Assembly (NCBI GenBank): GCA_963422735.1
Contig: OY730476.1
Span: 1,376,001 to 1,440,000, forward strand
Reading direction: 5' to 3'
From: Candidatus Latescibacterota bacterium
GTDB lineage: Bacteria > Latescibacterota > UBA2968 > UBA8231
DNA: 64,000 bases
Shown here: positions 39,621 to 49,716 of the stretch, in pieces
How positions within the stretch are numbered: the first letter of the stretch is position 1
Layout of the letters: each line of letters begins with the position of its first letter
The notes under the pieces: model-generated
Databases searched by the model: none
What the model was told of the DNA's origin: nothing
The model's input: only the letters and a program-made list of their open reading frames with translations
Translations under genes and position numbers: made by a program

Positions 39621-40405
39621 TCAGTATGCTGATAATCGACGCGCATTGCCACGCCGGAAGCAACTGGTTCGAGCCCATCGAGACACTTGAGTTCGAGATG
39701 AACCGCAACGGCGTCGCCAAGGCCGTACTCATCCAACACGGCGGAACATACGACAACTCCTACCTCTTCGAGGAAGCCACCAAGCGACCGGGCCGGTTCA
39801 AAGTTGCGGTCCTCGTGGATCCCGAGTCCCGCGATCCACTCGGCGATCTTGCGCGGCTTGCAGAGCAGGGGGCCGCCGGCGTTCGCATGGCCCCGGATGG
39901 CCAGTTTGCCAACGCTGGTCCTTACGACATCTGGCGCAGAGCCGGCGAACTCGGCCTCGTAGTCTCAAGCATCGGCAAGGCATCCCAGTTCGCTGCCGCC
40001 AGCTTCTCGCGCGTGCTCGAGGCTTGCCCCGACACGCACGTCATCCTCGAACACCTCGCAGGAGTGGGCCTTGCCGAGCCGCCCTATGCCGATTACGCCA
40101 AGGCCCTGCGACACGGCCAGCGCGACAACACCAGCATCAAAGTCCCCGGCTTGGGCGAAATCTGCGCCCGCCCGCCGCGCCTTCTTCCCGAACTCGAATT
40201 CGGCTGCGTGCCGCCACTTTTCGAGATGGCCAAAGACGCGTTCGGAGTGCAACGCATGATGTGGGGCAGCGACTTCCCGCCCAGTGCTGGCAGAGAGGGC
40301 TACGCCAATGCGCTGCGCGGTGTCCTCAAGCATCCAGCCTTTGCCGACGGCGATGATATCGAGTGGGTCATGGGAAAGACCGCGGCGCGTGTGTGGGGAT
40401 TCTAA
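39617..40405 (+). CDS. Amidohydrolase_2 family (sugar lactonase-like)
   Basis: IDAHCH, ILEHLAG, MMWGSDFP. Confidence 0.88.
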   Translation: MISMLIIDAHCHAGSNWFEPIETLEFEMNRNGVAKAVLIQHGGTYDNSYLFEEATKRPGRFKVAVLVDPESRDPLGDLARLAEQGAAGVRMAPDGQFANAGPYDIWRRAGELGLVVSSIGKASQFAAASFSRVLEACPDTHVILEHLAGVGLAEPPYADYAKALRHGQRDNTSIKVPGLGEICARPPRLLPELEFGCVPPLFEMAKDAFGVQRMMWGSDFPPSAGREGYANALRGVLKHPAFADGDDIEWVMGKTAARVWGF

Positions 40406-40459
40406 GGATTGGAGCACTGCGGAAAAATCTAACTTCTCGGCGGGAAATAGCAGAGCGGA

Positions 40460-41083
40460 ATGGCCAAAGAAAAAAAGAAAACCGAGCGCCATGCGTATGG
40501 CATCACGGTGCTCAAAACCGCTGATCCCCGGGTGCGCACCCAAAAAAAGAAGCACGAACCCTGCATCCACGGCAACAAATTCTGGAGTTCGAGTTGGTGC
40601 GTGATGGACTTCCTCTCGCACCAAGGCTTGCCGCCAAAGACTCGGGTTTTGGATATAGGCTGCGGTTGGGGCCTCGCCGGGATATACTGCGCCAAAAACC
40701 ACGGTGCCAACGTCACGGGAATGGACGCGGATGCGGCGGTCTTTCCCTACTTGCAGTTACACGCCCAGATCAACGGAGTCGAGATAGAGACTTGGTGCTG
40801 TAAGTTCGAGAAGATAAAAAAGAAAGACCTGCGACAAACCAACCTGATCATCGGGGCCGACATTTGCTTCTGGGACGAAATGGTCAAGCCGCTCTACAAG
40901 CTGATCAAAAAGGCAGTCGAGGTCGAGGTCGGGCAGATCATCATCGCCGATCCAGGCCGACCACCCTTTCACGAGCTGAGCGAGAAGATCGTCGATAAGC
41001 TCGGCGGCGAGCTCAAGGAGTGGGAAATCAACGGCGAGGTAAAAGCCGACGCGTACTTGCTCATCGCGGGTACGCTGCCTTAG
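40460..41083 (+). CDS. Class I SAM-dependent methyltransferase (protein lysine MTase-like)
   Basis: HGNKFW, VLDIGCGWGL, GADICFW, IADPGRPPF. Confidence 0.85.
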   Translation: MAKEKKKTERHAYGITVLKTADPRVRTQKKKHEPCIHGNKFWSSSWCVMDFLSHQGLPPKTRVLDIGCGWGLAGIYCAKNHGANVTGMDADAAVFPYLQLHAQINGVEIETWCCKFEKIKKKDLRQTNLIIGADICFWDEMVKPLYKLIKKAVEVEVGQIIIADPGRPPFHELSEKIVDKLGGELKEWEINGEVKADAYLLIAGTLP

Positions 41084-41090
41084 GGATTGC

Positions 41091-42044
41091 TCAAAACCAA
41101 TTTTCTTTATCCACCACATTCACCAACGCCGCACCGCGGGCAAAGCGCTGGCAATTTTCCACCAGCAGGTCGCGCCGGCGCTCGTCTAAATAAGGGCCGG
41201 CCGCGGCCACGTGCGGGGTCATCAGGAAATTCGGGGCCGTCCACAGCGGGTGCTCCGGCGGCAGTGGCTCCTCCTCAAACACATCTAGGCCGGCACCGGC
41301 GATCTGGCCCTCGCGCAGGGCCTGGTCTAGGTCGGCTAACTTGACGTTCGCGCCGCGACCAATGTTGACGAAGTACGCGCTGGCTTTCATCTGCTCGAAC
41401 TGGGCGCTGGTGAAAAGGCCCTCGGTCTGCGGCGTCTGCGGCGCGGTGACTAAGACGAAATCCGCCCTCGGCAGGAGCTGGTCAAGTGCGTCCGGGCGAT
41501 GTAACTCGTCAACGCCCGGCGGCGACTCAACGCGGGGGTCAATGCCAATGGTCGTCATGCCCCAACTCTTGCACTGGAGCGCGGTTTCTGCGCCAATCCC
41601 GCCGACGCCGACGATCAGCGCGGTGGCTTCGGGCAGGTAGGTCGCAGGACTCGACTCGACTCCGCTGCGCCAATGGCCGGCGAACTGGTCGCGGAAGTAG
41701 TGGTGCATGCCGCGCGAAAGCGCGAGCACAAAGGCCATGATATGGGCCGAGATATGATCGTTGAAGATGCCGCGGAAATTGGTCACAACCACGTCGCTAG
41801 CGATGAGTTCCGGGAAATAATACCCCTTGGGCGGGCCAGCGGCTGGGGCGGCCAACCACTTGAGTTGGGTGGCCGCAGCCAACAGCTCTGGGTCCAAGGT
41901 GCCGAAACAGGCCTGAGCAGTGGGAAGAGCAGTGAGGGCTTCGGCGCGGCTTGTGCAGTGGACAATCTCCATCGCGGGGACAGCTTCGGACATGGCAACG
42001 GCTAGCTCGCTGGCAGGTGACAAAAAGACGAATTTGAAAGACAT
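41091..42044 (-). CDS. D-2-hydroxyacid dehydrogenase
   Basis: GVGGIG, NIGRG, LDVFEEEPL, TPHVA. Confidence 0.92.
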   Translation of the reverse strand: MSFKFVFLSPASELAVAMSEAVPAMEIVHCTSRAEALTALPTAQACFGTLDPELLAAATQLKWLAAPAAGPPKGYYFPELIASDVVVTNFRGIFNDHISAHIMAFVLALSRGMHHYFRDQFAGHWRSGVESSPATYLPEATALIVGVGGIGAETALQCKSWGMTTIGIDPRVESPPGVDELHRPDALDQLLPRADFVLVTAPQTPQTEGLFTSAQFEQMKASAYFVNIGRGANVKLADLDQALREGQIAGAGLDVFEEEPLPPEHPLWTAPNFLMTPHVAAAGPYLDERRRDLLVENCQRFARGAALVNVVDKENWF

Positions 42045-42126
42045 GGGACTCCTTTCGCTGGTGAGGGCCTCTAAATTTAGCTAATCTTCGCATCGGACGC
42101 CTCTATGCGTATATTCTCGCAACATT

Positions 42127-43500
42127 TTGCTCACGCCAAGCCATGAGTTCCGATCGGTGCAAGACGCAGCGGCCTTACTCTACAAAAAAATTCCCCTGCC
42201 CAACGAATTCGTTCGCGAGCGCACCGGCGGAGACATTCGCATCGGCGACCTGACTGGAGACGGGCAAGTCGATTTCCTCGTGTACAATGCCCTTGGCGGC
42301 ATCAAGCCCTGTTTCTTAGGAGCCTTTTCGCTTTCTGGCGAGCCGCTCTGGGCGGTGGGGGATCGGGATTTCACCGCTCTCGACGCAGACAACTCAGGAC
42401 GCCTCACCGCGATTTCTCCTGACCGCCCGGGGCCGGTGGCCATTTGCGACATAGACCAAGACGGGCGGCAAGAAGTCCTCTGCCTCCTCATCGATCCCCA
42501 CGTGAAACGCACCAGCAAATGGAACCTCGCAGACGTTCACATCGCCGTTCTCGAAGGGCGCACGGGGGCGGTCAAACGCTGCGCTGCGCCCGAGGAACTG
42601 GCGCGCTGTAACGCCTACACGGACGGAGAAATGCACATCCCCAACTACGTGCATCAGCGGCTGCTGATCGCCAACTTCTCCGGGCACGACCAGCCGCGCG
42701 ATTTTGTCGTCAAGCTGGGCAGCGATGTCCTCGCGTTCAACGACCAGCTCGAAGTGCTGTGGCACTATCGCAGCAAGTGGCATCGCTATCCGGGGCACGC
42801 GGCATACATTCCGGCCGTCGGCGACTTGGACGGCGATGGGCGCGACGAGGTCAACGGCGGGCACTTCGGCCTCGACCACGACGGGCGCGTCTTGTGGGAA
42901 ACCTTTTTGGGCAACCATGCAGACAGCGCGTTGGTGGATAGGTGGGGAACGGAACCAGCGGCCATTGTCTCGGGCGGCGGTCAAGTACTCGACGGCAGCG
43001 GACGACGCCTGCTGCACTTGGGGGCGGACGTGGTGCCGCACGGGCAGGAGGTACGCTGCGGCAACTTGCGCCCCGAGCGGCCGGGCCGCGAATTGGCCAT
43101 CCGCTACAATGGGCACCATGCAGACGTGATGATCGTCGCCGACAGTGGCGCAGTACTCAGCCGTTTTCGGGTGGATGAGTCGCCGAACAACACCGGGCTA
43201 GAAATCGTGCGCTGGAACGGGCCGGAGCAAGGGGATTTACTGTACAGCCCCGCGGCCCTCTTCAACGGCCACGGCCACAAGGTTGCAACCTTCCCGGAGT
43301 TGCCCGCGCCGACCGGCGGCAAGATGGGGTGGTATCACTGCTTTCCCGCCGATGTGTGCGGCGACGAGCGCGAAGAAGTGGTGCTCTACGATCCATACAG
43401 CGATGCCGTGTACATCTACGCACCCGCACCGCTCGACGAGAGCCGATTTGGCCGCTATCACCACGGCCCGCGCCAGTACAACGCACGTCTAATCAATTGA
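42127..43500 (+). CDS. FG-GAP/rhamnogalacturonan lyase (PL11)-like beta-propeller
   Basis: Repeated GDLTGDGQVD, DIDQDGRQE, GDLDGDGRDE, ADVCGDEREE Ca-binding motifs. Confidence 0.7.
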   Translation: MLTPSHEFRSVQDAAALLYKKIPLPNEFVRERTGGDIRIGDLTGDGQVDFLVYNALGGIKPCFLGAFSLSGEPLWAVGDRDFTALDADNSGRLTAISPDRPGPVAICDIDQDGRQEVLCLLIDPHVKRTSKWNLADVHIAVLEGRTGAVKRCAAPEELARCNAYTDGEMHIPNYVHQRLLIANFSGHDQPRDFVVKLGSDVLAFNDQLEVLWHYRSKWHRYPGHAAYIPAVGDLDGDGRDEVNGGHFGLDHDGRVLWETFLGNHADSALVDRWGTEPAAIVSGGGQVLDGSGRRLLHLGADVVPHGQEVRCGNLRPERPGRELAIRYNGHHADVMIVADSGAVLSRFRVDESPNNTGLEIVRWNGPEQGDLLYSPAALFNGHGHKVATFPELPAPTGGKMGWYHCFPADVCGDEREEVVLYDPYSDAVYIYAPAPLDESRFGRYHHGPRQYNARLIN

Positions 43501-43565
43501 CGAGTCGATTCTACATGAACAACCCAAATCCAAAATCCGGTCCATCCTCCTCATTCCATAAATCC

Positions 43566-44813
43566 ATGTCAAAATTCCTGATCGTATCCATCGACTGCTG
43601 GCGCTACGATGCGCTGAGCCGGACGAATCCGAGGATTAACACGCCCAAATTCGATCTGCTGACTCGGGATTACGCCTTTGCTGAGCGCTACTTTATCACC
43701 GCGCCGGCGACCCGCCCTTCGCACACCTCACTGTTCACTGGGTTGTATCCTTTTGAGCACGGGCTTTTTGGGCAAACCTACCTGAAGATGTTCGCCGGCG
43801 TGGTCAACCTGTTCGACGTTTTTGCCGCGGCCGGGTACGGCGTCCGGGGGTTTTCCGAGCGGCCGGACGTATTTCGCTTCCTCGACTTTGCGCCTTTTAT
43901 CGGGCCGGTCGATCCATCGGCCACCCAGCAGCACTTGGGGTCGCTCGAACGCCTGTGTACCGAACTGATCGAGCCGAGTGGGCCGCAGTTCAAGTTCCTC
44001 CACTTTTGGTACACGCACGGCGGCTACGGCCTAGGCGACATACCCCATCCGCCCGATTTGGGGCAGCTGGTGGCGGCTGGGCAGATAGAAGAAGCGCTGC
44101 GCTACTACGAAGCGGCTGTGACCCACGTGCTCGAGTTTTCCCTCGTCGAGCTACTCAAGCGAATTGACCTCGACGAGTGGGTGGTCTTTATCTGCGGCGA
44201 TCACGGCGAGGGGTTTTGTGGGGAGGTTATGGCGCATGGAGACCGGCTGCATCCCAACGTGGTACACGTGCCCATGCTGATGCACGTACCGGGCGGGTTC
44301 TCCTTTCCGCGCGACGGAGCGGTTTCCGCCATTGACCTCTTTCCGACAATCGCGGCGTTGGCCGGCCTAGCCGTTGACTACCGGGGGTTTGGGCAGAACT
44401 GGCTGGAGCCGAGCGCGGCGTTGGCCGAGCGTTGGGTATTATCTGAGCTAGACAGTCTGTACGGGGTGGGTTTTCTCAACGCCGACAATCTGCGCTTGCC
44501 CGAGGAGCGCGTCACTTCGCCTACTGCTATCGACGGCGAGGAAATAACGCGCTGTGCCGAGGGCATCCGCGAGTGGTGCCTGTGCGACGGACGGCATTTC
44601 TACCGCGAGAACGAACAAACGGGTGCATACGTCCTACGCGACTTGCGCCACGGTGACGACGATTTGGTTTGCGCGGAGCCATCGCACTACCGCTCGCAAT
44701 ATCGCGCCTTGCGGGATCGCTCCGCGTATCAACAGATGCAGGCTCAAGGTGCGGCGGCCGACGAGGCCGATATCCTCCAAGAACGCTTGCGCGCCCTCGG
44801 GTACCTAGATTGA
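43566..44813 (+). CDS. Sulfatase-like hydrolase with Thr at the nucleophile position
   Basis: VSIDCWRYD, APATRPSHTSLFTG, GDHGE, ERLRALGYL. Confidence 0.82.
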   Translation: MSKFLIVSIDCWRYDALSRTNPRINTPKFDLLTRDYAFAERYFITAPATRPSHTSLFTGLYPFEHGLFGQTYLKMFAGVVNLFDVFAAAGYGVRGFSERPDVFRFLDFAPFIGPVDPSATQQHLGSLERLCTELIEPSGPQFKFLHFWYTHGGYGLGDIPHPPDLGQLVAAGQIEEALRYYEAAVTHVLEFSLVELLKRIDLDEWVVFICGDHGEGFCGEVMAHGDRLHPNVVHVPMLMHVPGGFSFPRDGAVSAIDLFPTIAALAGLAVDYRGFGQNWLEPSAALAERWVLSELDSLYGVGFLNADNLRLPEERVTSPTAIDGEEITRCAEGIREWCLCDGRHFYRENEQTGAYVLRDLRHGDDDLVCAEPSHYRSQYRALRDRSAYQQMQAQGAAADEADILQERLRALGYLD

Positions 44814-45886
44814 TCGCTGCAAACCTGTTAGTCTTGTTGCTCATCTTGGCCGGGTGCGGCGAGGACGCGGGCGTGGATATCACCTCGAACGGCGACTGTG
44901 AAGGCAACATTCTGCCGGGTAACCACATCGTGCGCTCGCGCGAAGACGCGGATGCGTTGGAGAAGGAGGGGAGATGCAATTACACCATTGCTGGCGACCT
45001 CGAAATTACGCGCATGAACCTCGCCCTTTTTAAGGGCTTGAATCAGCTCAGTGCCGTGGATGGCAACCTCACTATCCACGACAACGACGAACTCGAAAAC
45101 TTCGAGGGGCTGAACGATCTCGTCTCCGTGGGCGGAGATGTCGCCATCCACGACAACGACGAACTCGTCAATGTCAAGGGGCTATCCTTTCTCCACATAA
45201 TCGATGGCCACTTCAGCGTCTCCCGCAACGACAGGCTGACCGCCGTGGACGGCCTAATCAAACTCAATGCGGTCAGCGGCAACGTGCGCATCGACAACAA
45301 CAACCAATTGGCCAATGTCGATGGCCTGTTCGGCCTCGCCGCGGTCGGCGGCAGCTTCATCATCGCGTTCAACCCCTCTCTTGAGCTCATAGAGGACCTT
45401 TCGAATCTGAGCAGTGTGGGCGGCGACCTCGTCGTCGCGGACAACTTGTCCCTCACCGCGATAGAAGATGTATCGTCTCTAAAGGAGATTGGCGGCAGCT
45501 TGTGCATTGGGCGCAATGCCGCGTTGGACATTGTCGAGGACGTATCCAGCCTAACGCATGTCGGCCAAGACCTGAGCATTTACAGCAACCCGCGGCTGAC
45601 GAGCATCGCTGGGCTAGCGAATCTTAGCCGCGTCGGCGGCAACCTCAACCTCTACAACAACGAAAAACTGACCACGTTGGCGGGGTTGGAAAGCCTTGAG
45701 CAGATCGCCCAAGATCTCAACATCTACGAAAACGAAAAACTGACTAGCCTCGCAGAGCTAGCCAACCTCGTCGGCATTGGGGGCAACGTACTTATCGTCG
45801 AAAACGGTAACGTACCTACGAGCGAGGCCCAAGCTTTGGCCGATCGGGCGGCGGGCGAGATGTCCATCGCCGACAATGCGGATTAA
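44810..45886 (+). CDS. Lipoprotein with ~11 tandem 25-aa receptor-L/LRR-like repeats
   Basis: Lipobox LAGC; repeats GL..L..VGG.L.I..N..L. Confidence 0.85.
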   Translation: MIAANLLVLLLILAGCGEDAGVDITSNGDCEGNILPGNHIVRSREDADALEKEGRCNYTIAGDLEITRMNLALFKGLNQLSAVDGNLTIHDNDELENFEGLNDLVSVGGDVAIHDNDELVNVKGLSFLHIIDGHFSVSRNDRLTAVDGLIKLNAVSGNVRIDNNNQLANVDGLFGLAAVGGSFIIAFNPSLELIEDLSNLSSVGGDLVVADNLSLTAIEDVSSLKEIGGSLCIGRNAALDIVEDVSSLTHVGQDLSIYSNPRLTSIAGLANLSRVGGNLNLYNNEKLTTLAGLESLEQIAQDLNIYENEKLTSLAELANLVGIGGNVLIVENGNVPTSEAQALADRAAGEMSIADNAD

Positions 45887-45904
45887 CCGCGAGATTAGCT
45901 GCTA

Positions 45905-46210
45905 GTCATCCGGCCGGTGGTTGCTGATGGCTGTTGTTGCGTTTGACGACCTGCCGCCGCGTGAACCCGACGACTTCCTTGGCGTGGAGCATCTTGCCAC
46001 GGACTCCGATGGCCATATGCACTCGGGAAAGGATGTCGAGACCGTCCGCGTCAAGTGCCAGCAACTCCAACCGGCGGCCGATGAAGCAGCCAATGCGAGA
46101 CGACGTGAGCGTATCCGCAAGAAGCTCAAACATCTCGGCGACCGTGAGGCTCGCTTTCGTTGTACCACCAACCACGTACTCTCTAAGCGAACCGTTGAGA
46201 AGGCTAACCA
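45905..46210 (+). mobile_element. tnpB: TnpB (IS200/IS605) remnant
   Basis: DFLGV..LATDSDG..HSG..VE.VR...REARFRCTTNHVLSKR.VEKA; RuvC-I Asp region deleted. Confidence 0.7.
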
Positions 46211-46815
46211 CCTCTCCGCTGAGATGATCCCTCCTCTTCTTCAGCCGCACCATGAGACAATAGCCTTCTCCGGGTAAATCGCTCAACGTCAATACCATCG
46301 TCAGTTGCTCCCACCAAGCAGGGAATAGGGCCGGGCAGGGCACCGTGGTCGTAGGGCGCACCTTTCGCATAGCCTCTGGCCGCATCCCCGGTGATTCTCT
46401 ATGCAGTGACGGCGGGCCCTGCGCGTCACATCAGCTTGAACATCCATGGTCACAACCTGTCCACTAGGCTTTGCCAGATACGCCAAGAGGGCGGCATTCC
46501 ATCCCGTCCCTGTGCCGACTTCAAGTACGCGATGGCCGGGACTTTCTAGCATGTGAACGACAAGAGATGGCTGGGAGGTCGAACTGGGCGGATTTAGTTG
46601 GAATAGATCTGCTCTAGCTGATGTTTGGTAGGATCTTTCAGATCTACCTCAATGAAACGTTTTGTTTTACCTAACAGGTGCATTCGATCGACAAAAAGAT
46701 GTCTTGGTATTGATTGGAGAGCACGCTCTATCCCCTTCGACTTCAAATTACCCGTCGCATGGAGCATGTCGATGAAATTATGGAGCAGTTGTTCGATATA
46801 CGTGGTTTGGGCCAT
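46211..46815 (-). pseudogene. Protein-L-isoaspartate O-methyltransferase-like cassette gene, disrupted
   Basis: IPRHLFV...IYSN*, then SSTSQPSLV.HMLE..VLEVGTGTGWNAALL in another frame. Confidence 0.8.
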
Positions 46816-46885
46816 TAGTCTCCGCTCACGAGGTTGATCTGGACTACAACTTCTTTTTAGGCGAATACGAGCAGCTTTGCACTTC

Positions 46886-47015
46886 TTGTAACATGCTACC
46901 GATTTGCGACGTGGGCCTGTCCCGTATAGGGTTGGCGCGGTGGTTTCCGTAGGCAAGTACCGTGACAAAAGGCCCAAGCACCGAATGGCGAGCAGCGCAA
47001 AACGCGTTATTACAC
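46886..47015 (-). mobile_element. Integron attC site
   Basis: Minus strand GTGTAAT...TTTTGCG...TGGGCCT/AGGCCCA stem...CGCAAAT...GTTACAA, directly after the HAD stop. Confidence 0.72.
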
Positions 47016-47032
47016 GACGTTGGCTTTCTCTC

Positions 47033-47737
47033 CTACAAATACGCTTGAGCCAACTCCAGAAACTCCTCCCAGCTCCTAACCTCTGCATCAACAGGGATAC
47101 CCGTATACTCTTGCTGTCGCCTGTTATACCAGATTACACTCATGTGGCACTGCTTAGCCCCCACCATATCGGTCTCCAATGTGTCTCCTACATACCATAT
47201 TTCTGAAGGTGCCGTACCCAATCGTGTGGCCGCTGAGGTAAAAATCACGGAATGAGGCTTTCTTATCCCATAATCGGCGCTGGAGATAACAAATTCAAAA
47301 TAGTTGAGCAGTTCATGACGTTGAAGTTCCCAAGAGAGTACCGTTCCAGATCCTGGATGGTTGCTTACTACCCCCATTCTCAAATTATGTGCAGATAAGG
47401 CGGTCAATACATCGGCAATGCCAGACTCAGGAGAGAAAAGCATACATTCTTTCCAGAATTCCAGTTCGATTACCTCCATGGGTTCACAAAAGGTGATGCC
47501 GAGTCGATCAAAGAGTAGTCGATTAAATTGATGATTAGTGAATTCGATGATTGAATTATCCTCAACAGAAACCTCACTATCGAACCTTTTTGCTTCAGTC
47601 GTTACCTCTTCAGGTGACACACCTTTTCGATCCACTGCATATTCGAGAAGGCGAGTGTTACCTGCGAGAGGATCGAACTTCAAATTGCTTACGAGGGTGT
47701 TTATGAAATCGAAGAGAATAGCCTGTGGCCTATTCAT
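47033..47737 (-). CDS. HAD-family hydrolase (cassette gene)
   Basis: ILFDFINTL (second Asp replaced), VVSN, RKP, VGDTLETD; low GC. Confidence 0.85.
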   Translation of the reverse strand: MNRPQAILFDFINTLVSNLKFDPLAGNTRLLEYAVDRKGVSPEEVTTEAKRFDSEVSVEDNSIIEFTNHQFNRLLFDRLGITFCEPMEVIELEFWKECMLFSPESGIADVLTALSAHNLRMGVVSNHPGSGTVLSWELQRHELLNYFEFVISSADYGIRKPHSVIFTSAATRLGTAPSEIWYVGDTLETDMVGAKQCHMSVIWYNRRQQEYTGIPVDAEVRSWEEFLELAQAYL

Positions 47738-47763
47738 CTATGTGCTCCATCGGGGTATCCAAT

Positions 47764-47843
47764 GTCGTGTGACGTTATGCCGGCTTGCGAACCGCGAATC
47801 GGTCGCCGTATGGCGTGCAGCGCAAAACGCGTTGTTACACGAC
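47764..47843 (-). mobile_element. Integron attC site
   Basis: GTCGTGTAAC...TTTTGCG...CGCAAG...GTCACACGAC; ~40 bp near-identical to the 46886 site. Confidence 0.72.
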
Positions 47844-47865
47844 GCGGGAAAGGATCGCGATAAGG

Positions 47866-48411
47866 CTAGTTCAAAAGTATTGTGCCCGGGACTCGAAGAA
47901 TTTTGCATTCTTTGAACGTACCTTCGTCGTATGTCAATCTTACCCCCTCGCAGTAGTTACACGAAGGTCCCCAAGTTTCATGGTCCGCATTGGGTACGCA
48001 ACTGACCGCACTGGCTTCGACAAAACCCCCATGAGAAACAAACAGTGCTTGGCCGCCTTCTTGGAGCGACCGAGCTATGCCGAGGTGAAACTCAGCCAGT
48101 CCTTTGGCAAAATTTGCGACGACGCTGTTGGGGTGTTGACGGATATAGGAAGAGAATCGGCCAAATCCTTCGTCGAAAGAAATCTCCACATCCTCGGGCA
48201 TGGAAGCGAGCAGTTCTATCTGTTGGTCGACCGCAAATCCCATGGCAATGCTGGTTTCAAATGCCCGAGGGACAGTACTAGTGTAGACCTTGTCGAATGC
48301 TGTCATTCCTTCCCCAACTCGCCTGGCAAGATCAACGCCGTCTTGAGAAAGATGCTGCCCTCGTTTCGTCCTCATAGAGTGTCGTCGATGTTCAATGAAT
48401 CTGGCGGCCAT
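47866..48411 (-). CDS. Histidine phosphatase family protein (cassette gene)
   Basis: RRHS, LSQDG, TS.VPRAFET, VSHGG. Confidence 0.85.
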   Translation of the reverse strand: MAARFIEHRRHSMRTKRGQHLSQDGVDLARRVGEGMTAFDKVYTSTVPRAFETSIAMGFAVDQQIELLASMPEDVEISFDEGFGRFSSYIRQHPNSVVANFAKGLAEFHLGIARSLQEGGQALFVSHGGFVEASAVSCVPNADHETWGPSCNYCEGVRLTYDEGTFKECKILRVPGTILLN

Positions 48412-48452
48412 TCAGAGTTACCTCAGTCGGTTAAGAGGTTGTCGTCCATGTC

Positions 48453-48520
48453 GCCTAACTTAATTGTATCCGAACCAATTGTTCGAGTACAAGCAATTAG
48501 ATGCTGTTTATGCGAAACGA
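48453..48520 (-). mobile_element. Candidate attI site
   Basis: ...CGGATACAATTAA-GTTAGGC core (GTTRRRY) upstream of the first cassette, with no attC palindrome. Confidence 0.5.
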
Positions 48521-48656
48521 AGGTACGTCTCTTGGTGCATAGTCGCAATCGCAACGAGCGGCCAGACCCCTAAATGCGGTGGGCTACGCGGCAGATGGTT
48601 GACGCACAGACACACATAGGACCGTCCCTCTGTCCGGTACTTCCTAAACTCAGCAC

Positions 48657-48680
48657 TTGCACAACACTTCTGTTGTGTAA
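48657..48680 (+). promoter_or_regulatory. Palindromic operator/promoter of hicAB
   Basis: TTGCACAACA-CTTC-TGTTGTGTAA (9/10 IR), 13 bp before the hicA ATG. Confidence 0.65.
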
Positions 48681-48693
48681 TTATATATAAAAC

Positions 48694-48877
48694 ATGAACG
48701 CCAACGGACTCAGGCACTGGCTCAGGAGACGAGGCTGCACGTTTCATACGCACAAGGGTGGCAGTGGTCATATAACAGGGACCGCACGACTCCGTTGCCT
48801 ATGCATGGTGGCAGCAAGGAACTAGGCCGGAGGCTGGGCTGGTGGCGAAAATCAAGAAAGACTTGGGATTGAATTGA
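48694..48877 (+). pseudogene. hicA: HicA toxin, frameshifted
   Basis: MNANGLRHWLRRRGCTF..KGGSGH, then LPMHGGSKELG..LVAKIKKDLGL in a shifted frame. Confidence 0.8.
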
Positions 48878-49236
48878 TGCTGACCTATTTTATTGTACTC
48901 GAAGACGACGATGGCACCCTGCTAGCTATGTCCCCGGATTTTCCGGAACTTACCACGTTTGGAATGGACAGAGACGAGGTGCTCGCACGGGCAGTTGATG
49001 CGATAGAGGAGGCCATAGCGGCCGGCCGGGACATTCCGTCCCCTTCGCACGGGCGGGAGGTCGCGGTGCTGCCTACGCTCACCGCTGTCAAGGGGATGCT
49101 GTATCAGGAGCAGCAGGGCATCGGCAAGGCCGAGGCACCTCCCTCAGGTAGATCGGGTATTGGACGTGCAGCACAACTCGCGCATGGATCAGCTAGACGC
49201 AGCAATGGGTGCCATAGGCATGCACCTGTACATTAG
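48877..49236 (+). pseudogene. hicB: HicB antitoxin with disrupted C-terminal HTH
   Basis: PDFPELTTFG.DRDE.LA.A.DAIE, IPSPS; the tail QVDRVLD..HNSRMDQL is out of frame. Confidence 0.78.
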
Positions 49237-49268
49237 GGCTACAGCCCAACGGAGGGCATCTTAGAGAT

Positions 49269-49697
49269 ATGAGCGAATCTCGTCCCGTAATCGTGTACGA
49301 CGGCGAATGCCGTTTCTGCCTGTGGAGCGTCGGCCGCATTCGCCGCTTTGACCGCAACGGCCGCTTCGAGTACCTGCCGCGCCAAACGGCCGGCATCGAA
49401 GAGCGGTTTCCGGTCCTCTCCCATTCCGACTTTAACACCGGCCTGCGCCTCATTCACGCCGGCGGGCAGGTCGATGTCGGGGCGGATGCCGTGTACCAGA
49501 TTTACCGCCGGCTTCCTCCCTGGCACCTGCTCATCGGGGTGTACCGCATTCCGGGACTAAAGCAGCTATTTCGCGCCGGCTACGGCCTCGTAGCACGCAA
49601 TCGGCATCGATTCGGCAGGGTCGAATGCGCCGATGAGGCATGCGAAATCCCGTACGGCGAGCGGCACAAGGGCACCTCTGAGTCGGCTTCGGCCTGA
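49269..49697 (+). CDS. DCC1/DUF393 thiol-disulfide oxidoreductase
   Basis: VYDGECRFC, Y.LVARNRHR. Confidence 0.9.
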   Translation: MSESRPVIVYDGECRFCLWSVGRIRRFDRNGRFEYLPRQTAGIEERFPVLSHSDFNTGLRLIHAGGQVDVGADAVYQIYRRLPPWHLLIGVYRIPGLKQLFRAGYGLVARNRHRFGRVECADEACEIPYGERHKGTSESASA

Positions 49698-49716
49698 TTG
49701 CGCCACAAAGAACCCT

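Noticed and set aside
48520-48690. Integron integrase remnant
   Set aside because: No recognisable IntI motifs found.
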